A stretch of 56,395 nt of DNA. Source: Ruthenibacterium lactatiformans (GTDB lineage Bacteria > Actinomycetota > Coriobacteriia > Coriobacteriales > QAMH01). Both the position numbers and the translations under genes were made by a program. The stretch spans positions 1 through 56,395 of the forward strand of contig CAVECB010000008.1 in assembly GCA_963614215.1 (NCBI GenBank), read 5' to 3'. The notes beneath the pieces are model-generated. The model made no database searches. It saw nothing but the letters and a program-made list of their open reading frames with translations, and was not told the DNA's origin. Shown here piece after piece: positions 37,446-47,077 of this stretch (positions within the stretch are counted from its first letter, which is position 1; every line of letters begins with the position of its first letter).

Positions 37446-38372
37446 CTAATCCCATTTATCGACAAGCGAGGCAATAGTGCCGTCGTCGAGCATCGCCTGA
37501 ATAGTCGTGGCCACGGGGCTGCTTAGGCCCGAATCCTTTTGCGTGGCGACTCCGTAGTGCTGGGTCGCGACCTTGTAGTCGAGGAGCTGGCGGTTGTCGC
37601 GCATGTACGACGAGGATATGCTTGCGTCCATGCACGCGGCATCGACAGTTCCGCCTTCCAGCGCATCGGAAAGCTGTGCATAGGAATCGAACTGCAGCAG
37701 GTGGAAGGTGTCGAAGCGCACGTCGGAGTTGTCGTCGTTTGCTAAGACGGGCTGCCCGTTGGTCAGGCCGTCTTCCGTGAGCTTGGCCACCAGCTGCGGG
37801 GCTGCGTTGGTGCCCTTCATCGTGCCGACCGTAAGGCCTTTGAGCTGGTCTATTGTGGTGATCATGGAGCTTTTTTCCACCATAAGCGCCGAGTAGTCGT
37901 CGTAATACGAGGGCGAGAAGTCGAAGTTTTCCTCGCGCGAGTCGCTGATGGAATAGCAAGCTATGATGCAGTCCACGTCGCCGTCGAGGAGCTTTTGCTT
38001 GCGGTCGTCGGGGGTCACGGTCTCAAACTGCACGTCGGCATATCCCAGCTTGGTCGCCAGCGCATCGGCGATGTCGATTTCCAAGCCGTAATATTTCTTG
38101 GTCTCCCCGTTGTAGTAGCCAAATCCCGTCACGTCCGCGCGCACGCCCACTTTAAGCGTGGAGTTTCCCGTGGGAGTGGAGCTGCTGTTGCAGCCGGTTG
38201 TGGTGAACGCGGCGGCGATTGCCAGCACCACCACCGCCGCAAGCACTATCGCCTTGCAGATTCTCGAAGGGCGGCGTTTACGCGCATGAGCGCTCCCGGC
38301 GGCGGCGCCCGGGCCAGCGAATGCGGACGCAGGTGCAGGTGCAGCCTTTTTCCCCATGTGGTCTATCGTCAT
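37446..38372 (-). CDS. family-3 (amino-acid type) solute-binding lipoprotein, no cognate ABC permease or ATPase nearby
   Basis: Lipobox FTTTG-C. LKVGVRADVTGFGY...YGLEIDIADALA...DCIIACYSISDSREENFDFSPSYY. Stop lies 6 nt before the channel ATG. Confidence 0.8.
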   Translation of the reverse strand: MTIDHMGKKAAPAPASAFAGPGAAAGSAHARKRRPSRICKAIVLAAVVVLAIAAAFTTTGCNSSSTPTGNSTLKVGVRADVTGFGYYNGETKKYYGLEIDIADALATKLGYADVQFETVTPDDRKQKLLDGDVDCIIACYSISDSREENFDFSPSYYDDYSALMVEKSSMITTIDQLKGLTVGTMKGTNAAPQLVAKLTEDGLTNGQPVLANDDNSDVRFDTFHLLQFDSYAQLSDALEGGTVDAACMDASISSSYMRDNRQLLDYKVATQHYGVATQKDSGLSSPVATTIQAMLDDGTIASLVDKWD

Positions 38373-38492
38373 CGTTTCCCCTCGTTGAAGTTCATATCAT
38401 GCCATGCGCGCGGACGGGCAGTGCGCATGCGAAAAAACCTGTGCCGAACATGATACGACTACTGGCCGCAGACCTCGCCTGCAAAGTCGCGG

Positions 38493-39602
38493 CTATCCCT
38501 CGGTCGTGCCGCGCGGGCTCTCGGCCATCTCGTGCGGATGCTCGGCTGTGTCGTGCGGATGTCCGGCCGCCTGCACTTGCGCAGCATGCGCGCGTGCGCC
38601 CTCGAAGACCTGCTCGAAGTCGCGGCGGGTCGTGGCTGCAGACAGCGCGCGACGGATTGTGGCCGCTCCGGGCAGGCCGTGCACGTACCAGGAAAGTTGG
38701 GCGCGCAAGGGGGCAAGATGGTCTTCGCCGTAAAACTCGCAGAACAGGCGCAGGTGCTCCAAGGCGCATTCGACACGCTCGGCATCCGTCGGCTCTTTTC
38801 CTTCAAAGATCCACGGGTTGCCGCGCGCGCCCCTGGCGGCAAACACCACGTCGCAGCCTGTCTGCGCGCGCATCGCCTCGGCGTCTGCGGCAGAAAACAC
38901 GTCGCCGCTGCCCGCGACGGGCACCGCGACCGCCTCTTTCACCTGCCGAATCAGGTTCCAGTCGGCCTTGCCCCTATAAAGCTGCCGGGCGCTGCGCCCG
39001 TGCACGGCAATCATGCGCGCGCCAGCCTGCTCGAGCATCTGCGCCAGCTCGGGCGCGCTGTTCTCGCCTGTCTCCCAGCCCGCGCGGACCTTGGCCGTGA
39101 CGGGTACGTCCACAGCCTGCACAAGCGCGGCGACGACGCGTGCGGCAAGCCCCGGCTCCTTCATCAGCGCGGCGCCCTCCCCCTTGCCCGCCACCTTGCG
39201 CACGGGGCAGCCCATGTTCACGTCGATAGAACAAAGGCGCGCGCCCAGACGCTTCTCCACACGCGCAGCCGCATGCGCCATGAGCTGAGGGTCGCGGCCG
39301 AAGAGCTGCACGGCGATGTGTTCTTCTGCAGGTGCCGGGTCCACAAGCGCCCAGGTCTTCTCGCCGCCGTGGCGCAACCCTGCCGCACTCACCATCTCGG
39401 TGAAGGTAAGGCCCACGCCGTGTGAGACGCATATCGTGCGGAATGCCTTGTCGGTGACGCCTGCCATGGGGGCAAGCCACAGCGGCCTGTCAAACGCCGC
39501 GCGAAACGCCGCGTCTGGCGCAGACGCGGATCCATGCGCGGTTTCGCCCGCACCGACGTCTGCACAAAACGCCGCGCCCGCGCACGCCCCCCTATTCATC
39601 AT
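38493..39602 (-). CDS. dus: tRNA dihydrouridine synthase
   Basis: [39 protein letters not shown]. Start overlaps the lepA stop. Confidence 0.85.
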   Translation of the reverse strand: MMNRGACAGAAFCADVGAGETAHGSASAPDAAFRAAFDRPLWLAPMAGVTDKAFRTICVSHGVGLTFTEMVSAAGLRHGGEKTWALVDPAPAEEHIAVQLFGRDPQLMAHAAARVEKRLGARLCSIDVNMGCPVRKVAGKGEGAALMKEPGLAARVVAALVQAVDVPVTAKVRAGWETGENSAPELAQMLEQAGARMIAVHGRSARQLYRGKADWNLIRQVKEAVAVPVAGSGDVFSAADAEAMRAQTGCDVVFAARGARGNPWIFEGKEPTDAERVECALEHLRLFCEFYGEDHLAPLRAQLSWYVHGLPGAATIRRALSAATTRRDFEQVFEGARAHAAQVQAAGHPHDTAEHPHEMAESPRGTTEG

Positions 39603-41394
39603 CCACTTTGAGTATCGCCATGAAGGCCTCCTGCGGCACGTCCACGTTGCCGATGGCCTTCATCTTCTTCTTGCCGGCCTTCTGCTTTTCCAGCAGCTTG
39701 CGCTTGCGCGATATGTCGCCGCCGTAGCACTTCGCCAGCACGTCCTTGCGCTTGGCGCGCACCGTCTGACGTGCCAAGATGCGCGCACCTACGGCCGCTT
39801 GGATGGGCACCTCGAACAACTGCTGTGGGATGATGCCCTTCAGCTTCAGGCACAGTGCCTTGCCGCGCTCGTAGGCGCTGTCGCGGTGCACGATGCACGA
39901 CAGCGCGTCCACCTTGTTGCCCGCGAGCAGGATATCGAGCTTCACCAAATCGCTTTCGCGATAGCCGATGATGTCGTAGTCAAGCGACGCGTAGCCCTTC
40001 GTGCGGCTCTTCAACGCGTCGAAGTAGTCCATTATCAGCTCGGACAGCGGCATCTCAAAGACCAGCTCAACGGTGGTCGTAGAGAGGTATTCCATGTTCT
40101 TGAAGGTGCCGCGCCGGTCCACGGACAGCTCCATGACCGCGCCCACGAAATCCGACGGCACGATGATCTGCGCCTTCAGGTAGGGCTCCTCGACGCGCTC
40201 GATGGAGGCGGCATCGGGCATGTCCTGCGGGCTGTGCACGACCACCATGTCGCCGTTCGTCAGATAGACCTCGTATTCCACCGAGGGCGCCGTGGCAATC
40301 AGGTCCAGCGAGAACTCGCGCTCTAGACGCTCCTGCACCACCTCCAGGTGCAGAAGGCCCAAAAAGCCCACGCGAAAACCGAAGCCCAGCGCATGACTCG
40401 TCTCCGGCTCCCAGACAAGCGCCGGGTCGTTTAACGCCAGCTTGTCCAGCGCGTCGCGCAGCGCCGGGTACTGGTCGGCGTCGATAGGAAAGACGCCCGT
40501 GTAGACCATGGGCTTGACCTCGCGATACCCCGGTAGCGGCTCGGCTGCCTGCTCGCGGGCAAGCGTGACGGTGTCGCCCACCTTCACGAGCTTGGGGTCT
40601 TTCAGGCCAGTGACGAGGTATCCCACCTCGCCGGCCGCCAGCTCGTCTACGGGCGTCTCAGCAGGGCGGCGCACGCCCACTTCCTCGGCCTCGCACTCGT
40701 GGCGCGTCTGCATAAAGCGCAGGCGCTCCTTTGCACGCAAAACGCCGTCCACGACGCGCACGAGGGCCACAACCCCGCGGTAGGCGTCGAAGTAGCTGTC
40801 GAAAACGAGGGCCTTCAGGGGCGCGGAGACATCGCCTTTAGGCGCGGGGATGCGCGCGACCACGGCCTCCAGCAGCTCGTGGACGCCCAACCCCGACTTT
40901 CCCGAGGTCAGCACCGCATCGTCTGCCGGGATGGCCAGGCCCTCCTCTATCTCGCCGCGCACACGCTCGGGGTCGGCCGCCGGCAGGTCCACCTTGTTGA
41001 TGGCCGGCACGATTTCTAGGTTCGCGTTCATCGCCATGAGGGCGTTGGCCACGGTCTGCGCCTCGACGCCTTGGGTCGAGTCCACGACCAACACGGCGCC
41101 CTCGCAGGCGGCCAGGCTGCGTGAGACCTCGTAGGTGAAGTCCACGTGCCCCGGCGTGTCGATGAGGTTGAACAGGTAGGTCTGTCCGTCGTCGGCGGTG
41201 TAGTTCACCGAGACGGCCTGCGACTTGATGGTGATGCCGCGCTCGCGCTCGATGTCCATGCTGTCGAGCACCTGCTCGGTCATGTCGCGCGTGGCGATGG
41301 TGTGCGTCATCTCCAAGACGCGGTCGGCGATGGTCGACTTGCCGTGGTCGATGTGCGCGATGATGCTGAAATTGCGAATGAGTGTCTGATCCAT
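39592..41394 (-). CDS. lepA: elongation factor 4 (LepA)
   Basis: [28 protein letters not shown], and a C-terminal LepA-specific domain ending ...[11 protein letters not shown] 41394. Confidence 0.95.
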   Translation of the reverse strand: MDQTLIRNFSIIAHIDHGKSTIADRVLEMTHTIATRDMTEQVLDSMDIERERGITIKSQAVSVNYTADDGQTYLFNLIDTPGHVDFTYEVSRSLAACEGAVLVVDSTQGVEAQTVANALMAMNANLEIVPAINKVDLPAADPERVRGEIEEGLAIPADDAVLTSGKSGLGVHELLEAVVARIPAPKGDVSAPLKALVFDSYFDAYRGVVALVRVVDGVLRAKERLRFMQTRHECEAEEVGVRRPAETPVDELAAGEVGYLVTGLKDPKLVKVGDTVTLAREQAAEPLPGYREVKPMVYTGVFPIDADQYPALRDALDKLALNDPALVWEPETSHALGFGFRVGFLGLLHLEVVQERLEREFSLDLIATAPSVEYEVYLTNGDMVVVHSPQDMPDAASIERVEEPYLKAQIIVPSDFVGAVMELSVDRRGTFKNMEYLSTTTVELVFEMPLSELIMDYFDALKSRTKGYASLDYDIIGYRESDLVKLDILLAGNKVDALSCIVHRDSAYERGKALCLKLKGIIPQQLFEVPIQAAVGARILARQTVRAKRKDVLAKCYGGDISRKRKLLEKQKAGKKKMKAIGNVDVPQEAFMAILKVDDE

Positions 41395-41404
41395 GCGGGC
41401 TATT

Positions 41405-43771
41405 CTAGCTGAAAGCCGCCCTCGCGCGGCAAAATCTGGGTGGGCGAGTGCGGGCGCCGTGCTCGTAGACGTAGGCGGCAACGGGCGCGAGCGCCATCAT
41501 CAGAGGAATCGCGTAGCGCGTCAGGCCGTTTACCGGCGAGGCAAGGCACACGCCGAAATAAACGAAAAGCGGCACGAGCATGAGGACGCGCGGGTTCTTG
41601 CGGGCAATGCCCCACGCGAACACGAGCGCGAGCAGCCAGAAATAAACGGGCGGATAGGTGAACAGCCCAAGAACCGGGATGTAGGGCACCGCGTAGGTCA
41701 GGCGCTCGAAGCCTTCGCGCAGTGGCGTCTCGTAGAGGGGCATCTTGAAGCTGAGCGCGTCGCAATACATCTGCGTCCTAGGGGCGCTTTGGTAGAGCAT
41801 CATGCCGCTGGCCGTCTCGTCGGGGGCAAACAGCTGCTCGATGTACCACCAACCAGACGTCTGGTCGACGAAGGCTTCCGCGTAAATCTCCGGGTGGCGC
41901 AGGCCGCCGGAAAGCCAGGCGCCGAGGAAGGCAAGCAGCTCGTCGGTCGTGCACTTTTCGTTGAAATGGTAGAACTTGAGGCTGTCGGAGCAACGCGGGT
42001 CGTACGCCTCCACGTTCAGCCCGTCGGCAAGGAGCACACCGCCCACAGCCTCGGCAAACTCATCGTCCACGTCCTCTGGTGCAAAAATGCAGTAGCGGGC
42101 CGTCTGCTGCAAGGGCAGCGACAGCGCCTCGGCTATCGAGCCACGCTCCACGCCCAGCGCCGTCATGGCGAAGAGCATGTACCCCACGATGTAGATGGAG
42201 CCGACAGCGATGAGGCACATGAGCGGCGCGGCGAAAAGGGGGATGCGCGATGCGGGCGCGCACGGCGGCGCAGGCATAGGGTCTGTGGATGGTGAAGCGG
42301 TCGACGGTGCGGGAATGTTTGCCAGGGCGCCCGTTTCCGAGGAAGCTGCGACGGCGCGAATGCGTTTCCTTTCAGCGCGCGCTTCGAGCAGGGAGACGGC
42401 GGCTACGCAGACGGCCAGGGCAACGAAAAAGGCGAAGCCGTCGTTTCGAAACATCGAGGTGAGGCACCCCCACAGCACTACCCGCGCACAGGCCGCACCG
42501 GAGCTGCCCCACACGCCTGTCGGCAACAGGGCTGCGATTCCTTTGCGTCTGTCGGCTCGGACGCTTTCGGGCACGCCGCCGCGCGCATCGGCAACCAGCC
42601 GAGAGGCCAAATCTAGTGCGGCAAGCGCAAGCAAGGTGAAGGCGGCGTAGAACAAGGTGTCCTTCTTTATGCTGATGACGGCGTAGCCGAACAGCGGCAC
42701 GAGGGCAAAAAACGCCGTGAGCACAGGCGCCGCAAAACGCCTGAGGCCCGCCGTCCCCTCAGAGAGCGCGCAGGTGCCCCCGCATCCGCGCCCGCCAAGC
42801 CCGGACACACGCCCGACCACCCGCGTGCACGCATAGGCCAGGGCCGCCCCCTGCAGGCAGGTGATGAGAAAGACCCCCAGCGCGTCGTTGCCGAAGGGCT
42901 TGCCGATGGAGAGCAGCCACCCAAAAATGAAGGTGGTTGCTATGGGGTGGTGCCCCGTCATGTCCTGGATGCCGAAAAACTGACGCACCTGATAGGCGCC
43001 GTCGTGGTAGATGGACCCGGGGAAATAGATGACGATGTAGGGCAGCCAGCACACGAACAAGACAAGCGCCACGTGCCAAGGCGTCGCAAGAAAACGCACG
43101 ACCCGCGCAAGCGGCGCAGCCCCGCGTTCCGTCCTTTTCTTCACCGCATCGCGCAGGCGACGCAAGGCCGTGCCGTCAAGCACATCGAAGGCGGCAAGAG
43201 CGGCCATGCGCGAGAGCGCAAACATTCCGGCAAACATCAACAGCGAGAAAAAGACGTGCCCCGCGCTGCAGAAAACTGGCGAAAACGAGCCGTAGTCGTA
43301 GGTCTCGCCGATAGCCTCGCGCACGAGAAAGGCACGGCCGGCTACGGCAGCCAACGAGAAAAGCACAGCGAAGACGTCTGCGCACACACGGACGCGCCGT
43401 TTTCGGGCGCACGCGCCACGAGCGCAGCCGTACATGCGCCTATAGGCAAAGAAAAGCAGGACGGCGAGGACGGGCACCACAAGGCCGTTGCCGCCCATAC
43501 TCGCATACGCCAAATCGAGAAACGACCCCGCGCCATCTTGCGTATAGCGCGCCACCAGCGCAAACGCCGACAGCAGCGCAAGCAGCGCATATCCCGCGAG
43601 GCGCCAGCCGCCCCGCCCGGCGCCGCCGCATTTTTCCGCACGGCACGCCGGCTCGCAGCCCTGTCGTTTCGCGCGACCCTCTTTCCCGCGTTGAAAACGG
43701 GGGGGGTCAGATATGGGGGAGCTGTTGTGCAATCCCGCGCCCGACATCGGCAAAGCGCCTGAAAGCGCCAA
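41405..43771 (-). CDS. large polytopic membrane protein of unknown function (~780 aa)
   Basis: More than 12 hydrophobic helices with one large soluble loop. 6-nt gap to the upstream gene and 10-nt gap to lepA. Family not recognisable by eye. Confidence 0.6.
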   Translation of the reverse strand: MALSGALPMSGAGLHNSSPISDPPRFQRGKEGRAKRQGCEPACRAEKCGGAGRGGWRLAGYALLALLSAFALVARYTQDGAGSFLDLAYASMGGNGLVVPVLAVLLFFAYRRMYGCARGACARKRRVRVCADVFAVLFSLAAVAGRAFLVREAIGETYDYGSFSPVFCSAGHVFFSLLMFAGMFALSRMAALAAFDVLDGTALRRLRDAVKKRTERGAAPLARVVRFLATPWHVALVLFVCWLPYIVIYFPGSIYHDGAYQVRQFFGIQDMTGHHPIATTFIFGWLLSIGKPFGNDALGVFLITCLQGAALAYACTRVVGRVSGLGGRGCGGTCALSEGTAGLRRFAAPVLTAFFALVPLFGYAVISIKKDTLFYAAFTLLALAALDLASRLVADARGGVPESVRADRRKGIAALLPTGVWGSSGAACARVVLWGCLTSMFRNDGFAFFVALAVCVAAVSLLEARAERKRIRAVAASSETGALANIPAPSTASPSTDPMPAPPCAPASRIPLFAAPLMCLIAVGSIYIVGYMLFAMTALGVERGSIAEALSLPLQQTARYCIFAPEDVDDEFAEAVGGVLLADGLNVEAYDPRCSDSLKFYHFNEKCTTDELLAFLGAWLSGGLRHPEIYAEAFVDQTSGWWYIEQLFAPDETASGMMLYQSAPRTQMYCDALSFKMPLYETPLREGFERLTYAVPYIPVLGLFTYPPVYFWLLALVFAWGIARKNPRVLMLVPLFVYFGVCLASPVNGLTRYAIPLMMALAPVAAYVYEHGARTRPPRFCRARAAFS

Positions 43772-43777
43772 GAGGGC

Positions 43778-44302
43778 CTACTCGGAGTCCACGTCGACGG
43801 GGCGCGCCATCGCGCCGGCGATGACCAGCGAGATGCCCTCGATTAGAAGCGAGGCGCCGATGAACTGCACGACGAGCGGCGGATATGCCAGCGAAGCCGC
43901 GCCCAAGATGATCATGAGGATCGACGCCGCCCAGCCAGCCCAGCGCCCCGGCACGCCGTTGCCCGGGTTGTTCAGCAGCACGGCAATCTGGGAGATGCCG
44001 GCGACGATGATGAGTATGGCGACGAACCACGAGACGGCGCCGGCGAAGGCGAGCGGGTGCACGAAGCACGCGATGCCAAGGATTATGCCCAGGATGGAAA
44101 ACGCGATGACCAAGGCGCCGCCCGGCACCCCGCGCATGTCGCGCATCCAGCACACGAGCGCCGTCAGACCCCATATGACGAAGGAGGCCGCGACGAAGTA
44201 GGAGAAGGCGACCATGGACAGGCCGGGGATGAAGAGCAGCACGAACCCGATGATTGCCGTGACCAGCCCCGCTCCGACCAAATCTTTACCCGCTCTGCTC
44301 AT
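43778..44302 (-). CDS. HdeD/DUF308-type small membrane protein
   Basis: AGGAGG lies 8 nt before ATG 44302. Six repeated hydrophobic helices with G-rich spacing, typical of DUF308. Confidence 0.6.
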   Translation of the reverse strand: MSRAGKDLVGAGLVTAIIGFVLLFIPGLSMVAFSYFVAASFVIWGLTALVCWMRDMRGVPGGALVIAFSILGIILGIACFVHPLAFAGAVSWFVAILIIVAGISQIAVLLNNPGNGVPGRWAGWAASILMIILGAASLAYPPLVVQFIGASLLIEGISLVIAGAMARPVDVDSE

Positions 44303-44480
44303 GTCCGATTCCTCCTGCGTTCGATGTTTACGTCCGTATCGCCCCATACCCTACCATGAAGACGGCGTGCGCGAATGCTAAAATCCGCATCCGTCACATC
44401 CCGCAGGCGCAACCGCCGCAAACGGCAGGCGCATGCGGGCGCACGTGCAACATTTTCCACGAAAGGACGAGGTGAGAAAC

Positions 44481-45326
44481 GTGTCGACTCCATGCGCATA
44501 CGCCTATCTAGGGCCTGCGGGCACCTTCAGCGACATGGCCTGCCGGGCGTTTATCGCCGAGGGGCTACTGCCGGATGCCGGCGAGCCGCTGCCGAAGGCG
44601 AGCATGGACGAGGTCTTCGAGGCGGTCGACCGCGGGCAGGCGGCCTTCGGCGTCGTGCCCATCGAAAACTCGCTCGAAGGCCCGGTCACCTCCACACTCG
44701 ACGCCTTCGCCTTTTCCACGCGCGCCGAGATTTTGGGCGAGACCGTCCTCGACATCCACCAGGCCTTGCTGCTGGAAAAAGACGCGGGGCTTGGCGACGT
44801 CGCCACCATCGCCTCGCACCCGCAGGCCATCGGCCAGTGCCGGCGCTGGCTGGCCGCGCACCTGCCCGAGCGGGCCTTGCGCCTCGTGGACTCGACGGCT
44901 GCCGCAGCCGAGCTGGCCGCCCACGATAAAAGCGTCGCCGCCATCGCCTCGCCGCTGGCCGCCGAGCTGGCCGGCGCGAAGGTTTTTGCCGAGGCCATCG
45001 AGGACAACCTGTCCAGCCAGACGCGCTTCGTGCTCATAGGTGCCGGCCCTGCCCGCCGGGAAGGCCCAGGCAAGTCCACGCTGGCGCTGTTCATCAACTC
45101 CGACAGACCGGGCACACTGAACATGATCTTGTCCGAGCTGGCCTACGCCGGCATCAACATGACCATGGTGCAAAGCCGCCCCACCAAACGCGAGCTGGGC
45201 GACTACATGTTTTTTATCGACATCGACGGATATGCCGACGAACCCGACATCGCCTGCGCCTTAAACTGCCTGCGCATGAAGCTGCGCGAGGTGAAGGTAA
45301 TCGGCTCGTATCCGCGCGCGGTCTGA
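44481..45326 (+). CDS. pheA: prephenate dehydratase
   Basis: AYLGPAGTFSDMA, PIENSLEGPV, TRFVLIG, and a C-terminal ACT domain. GTG 44481 follows AAAGGACGAGG; alternative start 44433. Confidence 0.85.
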   Translation: MSTPCAYAYLGPAGTFSDMACRAFIAEGLLPDAGEPLPKASMDEVFEAVDRGQAAFGVVPIENSLEGPVTSTLDAFAFSTRAEILGETVLDIHQALLLEKDAGLGDVATIASHPQAIGQCRRWLAAHLPERALRLVDSTAAAAELAAHDKSVAAIASPLAAELAGAKVFAEAIEDNLSSQTRFVLIGAGPARREGPGKSTLALFINSDRPGTLNMILSELAYAGINMTMVQSRPTKRELGDYMFFIDIDGYADEPDIACALNCLRMKLREVKVIGSYPRAV

Positions 45327-45414
45327 GAGGGTGAAAAGGGGCGTTGCGGCACGCGGCGCAGATGACATGCGACACCATTCGATGTGTGGCGCGAAGGGTA
45401 AATGGTGAAGGGGT

Positions 45415-46284
45415 CTATTCGGCGCCCGCCCAGCTGCCGTCTACGAGGCGCACGATGAAGCCCTCGCTGTCAAGCTCTCCGAGGATGGACAGCACCTCAT
45501 CGATGCCAAGCGCAGGCCGCCCCGCCTTCTCCTCGGCGGCGTTCAGACTCGCGGCCAAATCCTCTGTCGCGCCCTCGCCTTCCAGCACGCAGCGCAGCAA
45601 AAACGCCCGCTTTTGGCGGTGGCTGCCCTCGAAGCGCGACTGGCGACGATAGGCTTTCGCGCGGCGCGCAGGATTCACGCCGCTTGCCTTCAGGTGTGCC
45701 CCGTAGTCGAGCAAGGCGTAGTACCACGCGCGGCAGCTTTCATCGGCAGGACAGCAGGCGCTTGCCAGCGCGGCGATGTCGCGGTCTGCCACCTCGGCGG
45801 CGCCGTCGAAAAACTCGTGGATAAAGACAGCGCGCACGTTCGTCTCGACGTACGTATCCGGCTCGCCATACGCGAAAACGCGCACGCCGGCCGCCGTAGC
45901 AGGACCCACCCCCGGCAAGGACAGCAGCTCGTCTTTGCCGCGCGGCACCTGGCCGCCGAAGCGCTCGCAAATCTCGCGGGCGGCGCGGTGCAAGTTCAAG
46001 GCGCGGCGGTTGTAGCCCATGCCCTGCCAACGCTCCAGCACGAGCTGCACGGGAGCAGCGGCAAGCGCCTCGGGCGTGGGAAAATCGGCAAGCCACTTCT
46101 CCCAGCGTCCCAAAACGCGCGCAACCTGCGTCTGTTGGAGCATCACCTCGGAGAGGAACACGGCATACGCCTCGCGGGTGTCGCGCCAGGGCAGGTCGCG
46201 GTAGAGCTTCTCCCCCTCGCGCCACACAAGTTCGGTGAAAGCGGACAGCTCCGCAGGCGTCGCCAGCCCGGGCACCCCTTTCAC
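45415..46284 (-). CDS. HhH-GPD base-excision glycosylase, MutY-like but without the Fe-S cysteine loop or NUDIX domain
   Basis: RDLPWR, SEVMLQQTQV, GMGYNRRALNLH and LPGVGPATA motifs. GTG 46284 follows GAGGAG. The upstream 114 codons of the ORF overlap the HAD gene and are rejected. Confidence 0.7.
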   Translation of the reverse strand: MKGVPGLATPAELSAFTELVWREGEKLYRDLPWRDTREAYAVFLSEVMLQQTQVARVLGRWEKWLADFPTPEALAAAPVQLVLERWQGMGYNRRALNLHRAAREICERFGGQVPRGKDELLSLPGVGPATAAGVRVFAYGEPDTYVETNVRAVFIHEFFDGAAEVADRDIAALASACCPADESCRAWYYALLDYGAHLKASGVNPARRAKAYRRQSRFEGSHRQKRAFLLRCVLEGEGATEDLAASLNAAEEKAGRPALGIDEVLSILGELDSEGFIVRLVDGSWAGAE

Positions 46285-46294
46285 CGCAAACTCC

Positions 46295-46975
46295 TCAGTC
46301 GTCCCAATCGGCGACGTCCCAGCCGCGGCGCTTGGCGATGCGCTTGAGCTTGGCGTCCGGATCCACGACGACGGCCTTTTCCGCCCACGACAACATGGGC
46401 TCGTCGCTGTAGTGGTCGCTGTAGGCGCGCGCAAGCCGCCACTTCCCCGCCCCGAACTTGTCGTCGCACAGCTGCACGAGCAGGCGCAGTTTCTCGCGCC
46501 CCTGCACGGGCACGCCCAACACGCGCCCGGTGTAGTGGCCATCCTTTTCCTCCATGATGGTCGAGACGTGCCCGTCGAAGCCGTAGTCGGCCACGATGGT
46601 CGTGGTAATGGGCTTAAACGACGCACTGGCCAACACGAGCTTCATCCCGGCGTCGCGGCAGCGTTCAATCTCGGCAAGAGCCTGCGGGCGCAGGTGCTTG
46701 CGCATGCGCCGCTCGAACACCTCCAATATCTCGGCGTCTACTTCCTCGACGCTTGGCTCGGTGAGCGCGGAAAACAGCAGCTCGCGCGGGGTGGATTCGG
46801 TCTGCGGCAGGCGCAGGCGATAGGCGATGCCCCAAAGACCCATCCGAAGTCCCGTGCGCAGCGGCAGCTCGCGGTGCCGCAGCAGGCTCGTCGTGAGCTT
46901 CAAAGGGCTCTCGCCGTCGAGTATGGTGCCGTCCAAATCGAAGGCGGCAACCTCCACGACCCTTTCGTCGGCCAC
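46295..46975 (-). CDS. HAD-IB family hydrolase (SerB-like phosphatase)
   Basis: AAFDLDGTILDG (DxDGT), SASF, and C-terminal YSDHYSDEPML. GTG start with a GGGAAGGGG RBS. Confidence 0.8.
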   Translation of the reverse strand: MADERVVEVAAFDLDGTILDGESPLKLTTSLLRHRELPLRTGLRMGLWGIAYRLRLPQTESTPRELLFSALTEPSVEEVDAEILEVFERRMRKHLRPQALAEIERCRDAGMKLVLASASFKPITTTIVADYGFDGHVSTIMEEKDGHYTGRVLGVPVQGREKLRLLVQLCDDKFGAGKWRLARAYSDHYSDEPMLSWAEKAVVVDPDAKLKRIAKRRGWDVADWDD

Positions 46976-47077
46976 GTCTTTTCCCCTTCCCTGCGCGCAT
47001 GCATCGCCGCGCGTGTCTTTGTGTGCGCCAGACCTCGAGCGCCCGCCATCTTCGGTCGCCCGTGCAAAAGCGCCATT

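Noticed and set aside
45415-46626. 403-aa version of the glycosylase ORF
   Set aside because: The first 114 codons overlap the HAD gene and are Pro/Arg/Ser-rich. MutY-like homology starts just after GTG 46284, which has a GAGGAG RBS.
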